A DNA stretch of 64,000 bases. It comes from an uncultured Verrucomicrobiota bacterium. Its GTDB lineage: Bacteria; Verrucomicrobiota; Kiritimatiellia; RFP12; UBA1067. Below the pieces are notes generated by a model. The model ran no database searches, was not told the DNA's origin, and worked only from the letters and a program-made list of their open reading frames with translations. This document shows positions 1 to 9,400 of the stretch, one piece after another. Position numbers and translations under genes: made by a program. Position 1 is the first letter of the stretch, and the number at the start of each line of letters is the position of its first letter. Location: contig CAMGEN010000004.1 in NCBI GenBank assembly GCA_946055075.1, positions 3,522-67,521 on the forward strand, in the 5' to 3' direction.

Positions 1-2
1 GC

Positions 3-1238
3 GTGACCAAGAACGACCAGCGTTTCGTCTACAACGGTTATCTCTGTATCAAGAAGATTGACGATTCCGCAACTGCTCACTCATCACTGCTCCCTGATCA
101 CTACTTCATCTGGGACCCGGCCGAGCCTGTCGCAACGCGTCCGCTCGGTTGGCTTGTCGTAGGAGAAAACTCCCCAACTTCTCAACCCTCAACTTCCCAA
201 CTTTTCTTTTACACCCACGACGGCAACAAGAACGTGAGTGAAGTTGTCGATGACAACGGCGAAGTTTCCGCCCACTATGAATATGCTCCATTTGGTTCTA
301 TTCTCGTCACGATCGGCGAATGTGCTTCGGCCAACCCTTGGCGTTTCTCGTCAGAGTATGCTGAAGATGATTCTGCAACAGTTTACTATAACTATCGGCA
401 TTTTAATACTTGGTTTGGCAGATGGTGTTGTGCCGATCCAATAGGTGACGTAGGTGGTTTGAATTCTTATTTATTGTGCCGGAATATGGTGACGCGGTTT
501 GTTGACTGCATAGGTTTGTTTTCCTCCTTTATCATAGAGACGCATCAGAATATTGTCCAGGCGGCGATTGATGATATGATTAAAGATGGCGACGTGATGT
601 GTTTGGCTGATGCCAAACGTAGACGCCAAATAGTCGAATACTTAAAATATACCAATGCAAAGATGGACTCTAAGTATAGCGATGATAAATATCTTGAGAT
701 GCATTTCAATAGAATTAAGGGGGATCATGATGAGTATAAGGCAATAGTAAGTTACACAAATTACCTATGGACTTGGGATACAAAAATAGAGTCTTTCATT
801 TTGAAAGGTGGAAATGATGGATGCCGTTCTGCGTTGCGGTCTTTAGGTGAGTTGACTCATATGTTGCAAGATTATTATGGGCATGGGGTTTCGTTTGATT
901 ATAATGATGGGGATGTCGACATCGAGATCGGTTATGCAGTTGGAGATCCATATAATCCGTTGATGAAGCCATCTGACTACAATGGTTATGTTGGAGGTAG
1001 TGAACATGGGCGCATATGGGATTCAGAACCTGGCATTCGTGCACCAGATGGGCCAGCTAATCCGCATCTTCCGATTACATGGGATTATGATGTTGGCAGG
1101 TTAGGAATGGCGAAAGAAGAAACAAAGAAAGCTTTCAATAATTATCTACGAAAATGGTGTGAGAAGTGTTGCAAAGCGCGGATACCTTTGGTTGGAAGAG
1201 CAAGGCCTCGTTCGCCGCATTCGGGACGTAGACATTAA
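3..1238 (+). CDS. Rhs/YD-repeat polymorphic toxin, C-terminal portion (5' end outside window): RHS repeat-associated core plus variable C-terminal toxin domain
   Basis: Frame is open to the window edge. YEYAPFG, NPWRFSSEY, YYNYRHFNTWFGRWCCADPIGDVGGLNSY and DCIGL reproduce the canonical Rhs core terminus (RYYxPxxGRFxxxDPIG...DPxGL). About 230 aa of unrelated tail follows, and the DNA becomes visibly AT-richer from ~400. Confidence 0.85.
   Translation: MTKNDQRFVYNGYLCIKKIDDSATAHSSLLPDHYFIWDPAEPVATRPLGWLVVGENSPTSQPSTSQLFFYTHDGNKNVSEVVDDNGEVSAHYEYAPFGSILVTIGECASANPWRFSSEYAEDDSATVYYNYRHFNTWFGRWCCADPIGDVGGLNSYLLCRNMVTRFVDCIGLFSSFIIETHQNIVQAAIDDMIKDGDVMCLADAKRRRQIVEYLKYTNAKMDSKYSDDKYLEMHFNRIKGDHDEYKAIVSYTNYLWTWDTKIESFILKGGNDGCRSALRSLGELTHMLQDYYGHGVSFDYNDGDVDIEIGYAVGDPYNPLMKPSDYNGYVGGSEHGRIWDSEPGIRAPDGPANPHLPITWDYDVGRLGMAKEETKKAFNNYLRKWCEKCCKARIPLVGRARPRSPHSGRRH
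172..203. repeat. Tandem 7-8 nt micro-array (reverse complement reads AAGTTGGG AAGTTGAG GGTTGAGA AGTTGGGG) inside the Rhs CDS
   Basis: ccccaacttctcaaccctcaacttcccaactt has CAAC recurring every 7-8 nt. It encodes SPTSQPSTSQL. Same unit type as the array at 44625. Confidence 0.6.
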
Positions 1239-1255
1239 CAGGAATGATTTGATAT

Positions 1256-2155
1256 ATGAGAACTTTTTTAACTTTAAAACACTTCTGGCTGTTGGTGCTT
1301 GTGCCTGCTCTGTTGTCTTGCGGTTGCGCCAGCCGACCACGCGGATATGCATTTGAGGTAGAGTTGGTTGGAGAATTGCCAAACAGCGTCGAAGATTACG
1401 CGGTTCTAAAACTTGGGGATGATTATCTTGGGCCGGTTTGCTGCGCAAGCGGTATTCTCCGTGATTCTTTAGAATCGGTTCACAGTTCAATGGCACTGTA
1501 TTCCTGGTACCCGAAATGTGCAAATGAAGCGTGGAAAAAGATATGCGCCATGCCAGAGGCATTGCCTGATTTCTGCCGCAATGATGCTTCACAGATAAAG
1601 ACAGCGGGGAATTTATGCGGCGGGCGATTGCCTCGGTTCATGGAGATGGCGACGAGCCTGCTTGATTGCACAAATAGTCCCATTAGTGTTTCGGAGGTAA
1701 TCGTAGGTACACGTTATTATTTTTACCCACAAGAAGATCATTGTACGGTCGCAAAAGAATCATTAGCAGCGCTTGCGCTCGAAAAACTGTGCCCAAATTT
1801 ATTGACACTGCATGTGGATGAGAAAGTGATTACGGGCTGGTTCATTGTTGATCACGGACGTTGCCCGTTGCCTGTCAAAATCGACCTCCCTTCTCGGCGC
1901 GATTTCCTGTTTTCTGATGAACAAGGTCGCATTTTTGCGCGTGTGACTGTGCATCTATCATGGGGCTATTGGGATCGCTATCCGGTTGATGACAGAGGCG
2001 TTTATCGTGAGATCTTCAAGACGGCATTTCGGCTGTTTCTCTCTGATGTGAAAGCGCCGTTCTTGTTGTCGGGCTTTGCCGGTTATAATAGCGCCACGAA
2101 ACGTGTTGAGGCGGGCTACAGGAAGGTGAAGGGTCAGAGCTTGTTGATAGAGTAG
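1256..2155 (+). CDS. Hypothetical lipoprotein, candidate cognate immunity protein of the Rhs toxin
   Basis: Starts 17 nt after the toxin stop. N-terminus MRTFLTLKHFWLLVLVPALLSCGCAS is a signal peptide plus lipobox Cys. No family motif recognised. Lower GC than the flanking core. Confidence 0.6.
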   Translation: MRTFLTLKHFWLLVLVPALLSCGCASRPRGYAFEVELVGELPNSVEDYAVLKLGDDYLGPVCCASGILRDSLESVHSSMALYSWYPKCANEAWKKICAMPEALPDFCRNDASQIKTAGNLCGGRLPRFMEMATSLLDCTNSPISVSEVIVGTRYYFYPQEDHCTVAKESLAALALEKLCPNLLTLHVDEKVITGWFIVDHGRCPLPVKIDLPSRRDFLFSDEQGRIFARVTVHLSWGYWDRYPVDDRGVYREIFKTAFRLFLSDVKAPFLLSGFAGYNSATKRVEAGYRKVKGQSLLIE

Positions 2156-2490
2156 TATTGATAGAGGTACGCCAAGCAAAGCTCGGCATGGACTATTAGC
2201 TGAAAGGAGCTAAATCGTAAAGAAATCGACATACGATTAGGAGGACAGGCCGTGCAAAGGGCGACCGATGTGCGGGAGTCCTGTCTGACGAAGAAGTAAG
2301 CCGCAACGCAAGTGAACTTCCTACGTAAAGTCTCGTTAACTCTAAATCCGCGTGACCAGCAAGTCTCTATGTGTGAAGTCAACACCTCGTGGCCAATTCG
2401 ATTTGGGCTGCGGGGCAGTGGGCCAGGGTCTGACCCCAATGGTGGTGTAATAATGCAATTGGATTCCGTACTTTTCAGGACAAATAGTTT

Positions 2491-2499
2491 TGATATAAT
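2491..2499 (+). promoter_or_regulatory. Extended -10 box TGaTATAAT
   Basis: tgatataat lies 29 nt upstream of ATG 2529. AGGAGG lies between them, so this is a leadered transcript. Confidence 0.5.
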
Positions 2500-2528
2500 A
2501 ACGAGGTCATCAGACAAGGAGGAAGAAG

Positions 2529-3764
2529 ATGTTCATTACAGCTGCAGTGTTCGCCGCCACGATTACGCTGACCGCGCCGGAGAACGGCGCGACCTACGAC
2601 ACTCACACGCCGTGCGTGAACGAGTTCCTCTCGCATCCCGCGGAGCGCAGTGTCCGTCCGCCGGAGCCGCCGCTGAGCGAGGACGAGATCAAGAAGCGTG
2701 ACGCGCAGAACAAGAAGTACGACGCCTGGGTCGCCGCCGGCAAACCCAAGGCCTCGCGCGCGAAGAAGTGGGAGCGCCGCTACAACTTCTACGAGCGCAA
2801 CGAATGGACCGAGGCCCTCTACAAGAAGTCCTGCGAGGAGGCGAAGACCTACAAGCCGTTCCAGTGGCAGGCCGACTTCAAGGGCAAGGAGATGACGATC
2901 GAGTTCTCCGAGACGAAGGACTTCGCGAAGAGCGTCGTCGAGAAGCTGCCGGACGGCGCCAAGGGCAAGTTTCCGTGGTTCCTGAAGGTCGGCACAAAGT
3001 ATTACTGGCGCGTCACCGCGAAGGACGAGGGTGGCGCGAAGGTCGTCTCGGACGTGCGTGAGTTCACGACCCTTGACAACCATCCGCGCATGATCGGCTG
3101 GCCGTCCCTCAACTGCCGCGATATGGGCGGCGGCGAGAACGCGGACGGCGTGAAGGTGCGTCAGGGGCTCGTCTTCCGCGGACAGAAGGCGCACGGGCGC
3201 AGTCTTTTCGACGCGAGTAAGCTGACTACCATGGATGAATTCAAGTGGTTCTATGTCGAGATGCTCGGCATCAGGACCGATCTCGACCTTCGCGGCAAGG
3301 ACGAGTCCGATTCGGCCGAGAAGCAGTTCAACTGTCTCGGCTTCGAGCACTTCGGCTGTCAGCACTTCTATCATCCGATCTACCCGTATCACATCGGGCT
3401 TCCGGACATCAAGGTCAAGATCGCCGAGATCTTCCGCGTGATGACGAAGATCGAGAACTATCCGATCTACTTCCACTGCGCCGTCGGTTCCGACCGCACG
3501 GGTACGATCGGCGTGCTCCTTGACGGACTCCTCGGCCGCACCGACGAGCAGATCTACAACGACTACGAGCTGCCGACCTTCAATCAGAACCTTCCGCGTC
3601 TCCGTTACTGCCGCAAGGCGGCAGGTATGTTCGGCGAGCTCGATCCGAAGACCTCGAAGATGGGCGGCGCCACGATCCGCGAGAACGTCGTGAAGTATCT
3701 CAAGGGTATTGGTCTCACGGACGACGAGCTTAATGCGATTCGCGACATCATGCTCGAGAAGTAA
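2529..3764 (+). CDS. Secreted protein-tyrosine/dual-specificity phosphatase-like protein (CX5R active site)
   Basis: HCAVGSDRTG is a C-X5-R(T/S) P-loop. Hydrophobic N-terminus MFITAAVFAATITLTA. AGGAGG Shine-Dalgarno sequence upstream. Confidence 0.7.
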   Translation: MFITAAVFAATITLTAPENGATYDTHTPCVNEFLSHPAERSVRPPEPPLSEDEIKKRDAQNKKYDAWVAAGKPKASRAKKWERRYNFYERNEWTEALYKKSCEEAKTYKPFQWQADFKGKEMTIEFSETKDFAKSVVEKLPDGAKGKFPWFLKVGTKYYWRVTAKDEGGAKVVSDVREFTTLDNHPRMIGWPSLNCRDMGGGENADGVKVRQGLVFRGQKAHGRSLFDASKLTTMDEFKWFYVEMLGIRTDLDLRGKDESDSAEKQFNCLGFEHFGCQHFYHPIYPYHIGLPDIKVKIAEIFRVMTKIENYPIYFHCAVGSDRTGTIGVLLDGLLGRTDEQIYNDYELPTFNQNLPRLRYCRKAAGMFGELDPKTSKMGGATIRENVVKYLKGIGLTDDELNAIRDIMLEK

Positions 3765-3800
3765 TCGTAACGGATGTTCGCTTCGGGCAGAAAGGACGAT

Positions 3801-6416
3801 ATGGATATGAAGATGATGCTGGCTGTCGTCGGAATGACGGCGGGTTTCGTGGCGGGGGCGGCGGTGATCGAGGCTGGACACGCCGGATCGGTAGAGCTGC
3901 GCGAACTCGGTGTGACGATGGGTCCTGTGCTCATTGATAAGGACTGGTCGCAGTACCGAGCGACTGGTTCGTGGATGCCGGCGGAGGACGGAACGACGGA
4001 CTTCAGGCTCAAGGATCGCGCGGGCAAGGTGATTGTCGAAGGCAAGGCGAATTACAGCGCCGATTCCGGTAAGATCAAGGTTCGTTGGGATTTCACGGTC
4101 AAGGAGACGTTCTCGGGGAACGGACTCGTCGTCGCGACGAGCCTTCCGATCGCGAAGTTCGCGGGGGATGAGCTGCTGCTGGACGGGATGAAGAAGACGC
4201 TTCCCGCGGAACGGCAGGAGAATCCGTTTATCGCCAACAGGTCCGTGAAGACGATGACGGTGGGCGGCAGGAAGCTCGAATTCGGGTTTAGTGCGCCGAC
4301 TGCGGTCCATGTGCAGGATAACCGCAAGTGGAACGGTCGCGATTACGGGGCCCGGTTCTCGACCGGGGTGAATGATCTCAAGTCCGGTGAACGGCGATCG
4401 CTTGAGGTCGTGATTTCTGCTGATGGCGCGCTCGAGTTCGTGAAGGGTCTGACGGTGATCGGCGGAGATGAATGGGTTCCGCTTGAGGATTCGACCGTGA
4501 TCAGGGAGGGGAGTGTGCTCGACTTCTCCAAGATGCCGTGGATCGATGCGCCGGCGGGGAAGCACGGACGGGTGGTGGTGCGGAACGGACACTTCGAGTT
4601 CGAGAAGCTGCCGGGCGTGAGGCAGCGTTTCTACGGAGTGAACCTCGTGTTCGGCGCGTGCTACATGAACGAGCGGGAGGCGGAGGATCTTGCGGACCGG
4701 ATCGTGCGCATGGGCTACAATACGATCCGCATCCATCATCACGAGCGGGAGCTCTGCGACAAGCAGGATGGCACGACAATCCGTCAGGAGCAGATGGCGA
4801 AGCTTGACTATCTGATGAATGCGTGCATTAAGCGCGGCATCTATGTCACGACCGATCTCTACGTCTCGCGCAACGTTCCGTGGCGGAGTTGCGGTGTTGA
4901 TAAAGACGGGATCATTCCGATGCAGGAGTTCAAGGAGCGCATCCTTTTCCAGGAGGGCGTGTATTCGAACTATCTCGCGTTCGCGCGTCAGTTCCTCAAT
5001 CACGTCAATCCGAAGACGGGACGCCGCTGGGCGGATGAACCCGCGCTCGCGCATCTCGCGCTCGTCAACGAGGGCAATCTCGGCAACTGCGGCTACGGAG
5101 TGATCCGCGATCTTCCCGAGGTCAAGGCGGCGTACAAGGGCGTGATTCCGAAGAATCCGTGGGAGAATACCGTCGACAATCAGAGGTTCTGCATCTATCT
5201 GGCGGACGTGGAGACCGCGTTCGTGAAGAAGATGCAGAGGTTTATTCGGGAGGAGATCAAGAGCGAGGTGCTGCTGACGGACCTCTCCTGCTGGAAGAAT
5301 CCGGTCCAGTTCCAGCTACCGCGTCAGCTCTTCGACTATATCGACGATCACTTCTACGTCGATCATCCGTCCTTCCTCGAGCAGAGCTGGCGTCTGCCCT
5401 CGAAGCTTCCGAACACGAACCCGGTGCGCAATACGCGCAATCTCGGCTTCGAGGCGGTGTTCAAGCACCGTGATCTGCATAAGCCGTTCACGCTCACCGA
5501 GTTCAACTATTCGGGACCAGGACAGTTCCGCGGCGTCGGCGGCATGATGCTCGGCGCACAGGCGGCGCTGCAGGATTATGACGGCGCGTGGCGTTTCGCG
5601 TGGAGTCACGACCACGACGGCGCGCTGACGCCGAAGTCGATGAACTATTTCGATGTTGCCAGGGATCCGCTGCAGCGTGCGACCGAAAGAGCGGTGATGA
5701 CGCTTTTTATGCGTCAGGACATGAAGCCGCTGACGAGGACCTATGCGCTAGCGTTTCCGGAGGCGAAGCTTCGTGACGAGACGATCGGACTTCCGCAGGC
5801 GGACATGAAGAGCGAGTGGTTCGGGTGGTATTACCGGCTTGGGACCGCGGTCACCGGCCTGGATCCGAAGTGGTCCGTTGACGATTATCCCGGATACGAT
5901 TCCGTCAAGGATTCGTACTACCGCGATCTCGTGAAGGGGCTTACTCCCGGAGACGGACAGGTCGTGCTCGATCCCGAGCAAGGGATCTTCGGCGTTGTCA
6001 CGCCGATGACCTGCGGTTTCTTCGCCGAGCGCGGCGGTTTTGCCGCGGGTGCGGTGAAGGCGGAGATTGCAGGGGCTCCGGCGGCGGTGTGGGCTAGTTC
6101 GCTGGACGGCAAGCCGGTCGCGGAATCCGCGCATGTCCTGTTAACCCACGTTACGGACGTTCAGGATACCGGCACGCTGTATGCGGACAAGGCGAAGACA
6201 ATCCTCTGCAAGTGGGGTAAGCTTCCGCACATGATGCACAAGGGGACGGCGATGATTCGCGTCAAAACCGCCGCGGAGAAGGTCTATGCGGTCGGTTCAG
6301 ATGGCTCCCGCCGCGGCGAAATCGCCGCGGAGCGCCAGGGCGACGAACTCGTCTTCACCGCCGATACCGCGCGTGATCCGTCTTCCGCGACCTACCTTTA
6401 CGAGCTCGTGAAGTAA
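3801..6416 (+). CDS. Glycoside hydrolase, clan GH-A TIM-barrel type (GH5-like), secreted
   Basis: YGVNLVFG...GYNTIRIHHHE and LALVNEGN (NE acid/base motif). Signal-like MDMKMMLAVVGMTAGFVAGAAV. Start chosen at the ATG after AAAGGA; the ORF track start 3774 is also possible. Confidence 0.6.
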   Translation: MDMKMMLAVVGMTAGFVAGAAVIEAGHAGSVELRELGVTMGPVLIDKDWSQYRATGSWMPAEDGTTDFRLKDRAGKVIVEGKANYSADSGKIKVRWDFTVKETFSGNGLVVATSLPIAKFAGDELLLDGMKKTLPAERQENPFIANRSVKTMTVGGRKLEFGFSAPTAVHVQDNRKWNGRDYGARFSTGVNDLKSGERRSLEVVISADGALEFVKGLTVIGGDEWVPLEDSTVIREGSVLDFSKMPWIDAPAGKHGRVVVRNGHFEFEKLPGVRQRFYGVNLVFGACYMNEREAEDLADRIVRMGYNTIRIHHHERELCDKQDGTTIRQEQMAKLDYLMNACIKRGIYVTTDLYVSRNVPWRSCGVDKDGIIPMQEFKERILFQEGVYSNYLAFARQFLNHVNPKTGRRWADEPALAHLALVNEGNLGNCGYGVIRDLPEVKAAYKGVIPKNPWENTVDNQRFCIYLADVETAFVKKMQRFIREEIKSEVLLTDLSCWKNPVQFQLPRQLFDYIDDHFYVDHPSFLEQSWRLPSKLPNTNPVRNTRNLGFEAVFKHRDLHKPFTLTEFNYSGPGQFRGVGGMMLGAQAALQDYDGAWRFAWSHDHDGALTPKSMNYFDVARDPLQRATERAVMTLFMRQDMKPLTRTYALAFPEAKLRDETIGLPQADMKSEWFGWYYRLGTAVTGLDPKWSVDDYPGYDSVKDSYYRDLVKGLTPGDGQVVLDPEQGIFGVVTPMTCGFFAERGGFAAGAVKAEIAGAPAAVWASSLDGKPVAESAHVLLTHVTDVQDTGTLYADKAKTILCKWGKLPHMMHKGTAMIRVKTAAEKVYAVGSDGSRRGEIAAERQGDELVFTADTARDPSSATYLYELVK

Positions 6417-6498
6417 GAAAAAGCACTTGCTTATCGGCAAGAAGAATGTTACTATTTTGGTTAAAAGCCTCGTTTGTGGGAATCTAAGGAATGCAATA

Positions 6499-9400
6499 AT
6501 GAACAAATTGCTGTTTCTTGCCGTTGCGGTACTGGCCGCGGGTATGCCGTCGTTACACGCGGATGAGCCGTCCGGCTTCGCGAAGAAGGTTGAGCTCACG
6601 CTCTCGAATGCGGCGAAAACCGCAATCGGAGAAGGATCTTTCGCCAACGTCCCGATTCTTGTGAAGCTCAGCACGGCGATTTCCGGCTTCGCTTATTCGG
6701 ACTTCCAGAGCGCGCGCGGATCGGATATGATCTTCGTGGATGAACAGGGGAACGTCATTCCGCACGAAATCGACACGTGGGATCCGACCGGCGAATCGCT
6801 CGTCTGGCTCAAGCCCGCCACCTTGTCATCCGCCCTCGGCAAGATCACGATGTACTACGGGAGCGCGGATATACCAGCGTCATCCGCTAGCGACGTGTGG
6901 CGCAACTACACGGGTGTTTGGCACTTTGAGGATGCGACCGGGCTTTCAACTTCGCAGTCTGAACAATGGCCGACTGCGAAAGCGGTGTATGCGAACTCGA
7001 CGGCAGTTGAGGGGTTGGAGGGATTTTTGCATACCGCGTCTATTCCAGATGAGGTCGGGTGCTTTGGCAAGTGTTTTCGTGTGAACACCGCCGGATGCAA
7101 GACCGGGAATTATAACGATGGTGGCGTGTGGGTGAATGATGCGGGCGAAAATTCTCCGCTTGATTGTAATGGGACATTCACCATCTCAGGGTGGTTTAAG
7201 CATCCCACCGAAAAATATTATTACGACCACATTTTCTATAAACGTTCGGCGAGTGATAATTTGGCGAAATCCGGAACCAAGCAGTTCGTCAACGGATTCG
7301 CCGTCGAGCTAAGCGCCAAAGTTGCCGCAACTCCGAAGTTTGATGTGCGCGGCAGTGGCAGCACGTCAAAGCAGGGGGGTGCCATCGATGCGTATGATAA
7401 GTGGTCATATCTGACATTTGTCTTTAACGGCACTAATCTTGACGTGTATGAAAATGGAGTGAACGAATACAGCTCGACTGGACTTGACACCGTGAAGGAC
7501 AACAATGCGCCGTTAGCATTTGGCGCGCGTCCCGACGTCGCGTATTCCGGTTTTACGGGCGATGCCCACTGGTGTGGTTGGATCGATGAGGTTCGCTTTA
7601 GCTCGTCCGCCGCGACGGCCGATTATGTATCCGTCGAATACAAGGCGATGACGCAGGACTTCTTTGATTTCGGCGAAGCGCAGTCGCTGGCGGAGGACCT
7701 GCCGGTCTTGGGTGTTCCTGAACTACAGTGGGACGGCGATAAATGGAATTTCTCGGCTGAGATGTCAGGTGGCCGCGGTAAGATTTATTCCGTTATTACC
7801 GATGTGGCTACAGGCATGGCGGTGACCAATGCGGTTTCAGACGGTGTTGTTGAGGGGATTGGAGCATTTGGCTTTTCGCCAGACCTTGCGTCCGGTGGAG
7901 TTTATACGTTCTTTGTGCTGGGGGTCACTGCTTCGGACATCGCCGTCAAGGTGTATGGCGAGTATCAGGTGTCCGCGGATGCCGTTACGGTTATAAAGAC
8001 GAAGGATGCGGAAGAGGCGGGCAGGGTTCCGGGCCGATTTGTGTTTTCGCGCGCGACAGGCGGACCTGAATTTACGTTGCAGTATGAGGTTTCCGGTACG
8101 GCGGTCGCAGGCGAGTCGTATGCGGAGATTTCAGGCGCGGTGACATTCGGCGAAGGAGTGACTGAAGTCGTGGTCAGTGTTGATCCCTATATCAACCCGA
8201 CGGTGAACGAGGATACAACGGTCATAGTCGCGCCGGCGTCAAGGGCTCAGCTCGCTGTCGCGTCCGCCACAATGACGATTGTCAATGACACGGCCGCTTC
8301 CGGTGCGGTGACGCGTTTCGTTTCCGTGACGGGAAATGATGAAAACGACGGACTCACGATGGCTCACCCTCTGCGCTCGGTAGCGGTTGCTTGTGCAGCC
8401 GTTGAAGCCGCCCTTACGGATGACGGCAAGGGATGCGTGTATGTGGGTGCCGGAAATTACGCCGAGACATCCAGCGTTTCCGGATCGAATGACAAGAGCT
8501 GCGTCGTAGTGACCAAGGCGATATCCGTAATCGGACTTACCGGTGATGCGGATGATGTCGTCATCACCCGTGGTACACAGTCATGCCGTCTGTTCGAAAT
8601 CAACCATGCGGATGCGAAACTCCAATTCCTTACGCTGAGGGGCGGGTATCTTGATTCGGCGACCGACAGTGCCGGCGGGTGCGCGATGATCGGCTCGAAC
8701 GGCGGAACGATAGCGGACTGCGTTCTGGAGAATGGAACTGCGCACAAATGGGGCGGCGGAGGCGGAAACCTCTATATGATTGACGGACGAGTCGTTCGCA
8801 CCGTTATTAGGAACGGTACGGTACTAGAATCATCACTTCGAGCCGGACGCATAGGCGGAGGTGGTGTCGCGATGAAGGGGGGGATAATCGAGAACTGTCT
8901 CATCACCGGCAATACCAAGGGATATGCCGCCGGAGTGATGGTTTACGGAGGTAAGGTGCTGAATTGCACGGTCACGGGGAATTCCGAAGCCCAATGCGGC
9001 GGCATCATGGTAAAGGCGGGAACCTCGAGTGAGGTGCGGAACACGATTATCTACGGTAATGTTGGAACTTCGACGGAAGAGCCGGACAATTGTAATGTCT
9101 ATATTATCTCTTCGGGAGATTCCAGTGTCGGCTGGAGCGGCACGGATAGCGTCTTCTTTAATTGTTATGGTGAAGTTGCGATCAATGCGAATTGTACTGC
9201 CGCCAACCCTTATTTTGCCGCGCCGGAAATCGGGGATTACCGACTTCGTGCGCTTTCGTCATGCCGTGATGTGGTGACGGATTATTCAACTACCGGTGCG
9301 ATATCGGATACGGATCTGGACGGCGAGTCGCGGCAGCGTGGTGCCGCGGTTGACGCGGGATGCTATGAAATGGATCAAAGCGTGTTTGCCGTTGATTTTG

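Noticed and set aside
2156-2528. Intergenic region tested by eye as RNase P RNA, tmRNA, SRP RNA or a group II intron end
   Set aside because: None of the invariant strings is present (GGAAAGTCCGGGC-type P4, the tmRNA tRNA-like end, the SRP GGAA tetraloop helix, or a domain V hairpin). Kept only as a low-interest unexplained gap.
2475-5054. 859-aa ORF on the minus strand spanning two + strand genes
   Set aside because: It lies antisense to the phosphatase and hydrolase genes, which carry clear family motifs. The translation is Arg/Leu/His/Pro-rich with no motifs, typical of a GC-rich shadow ORF.
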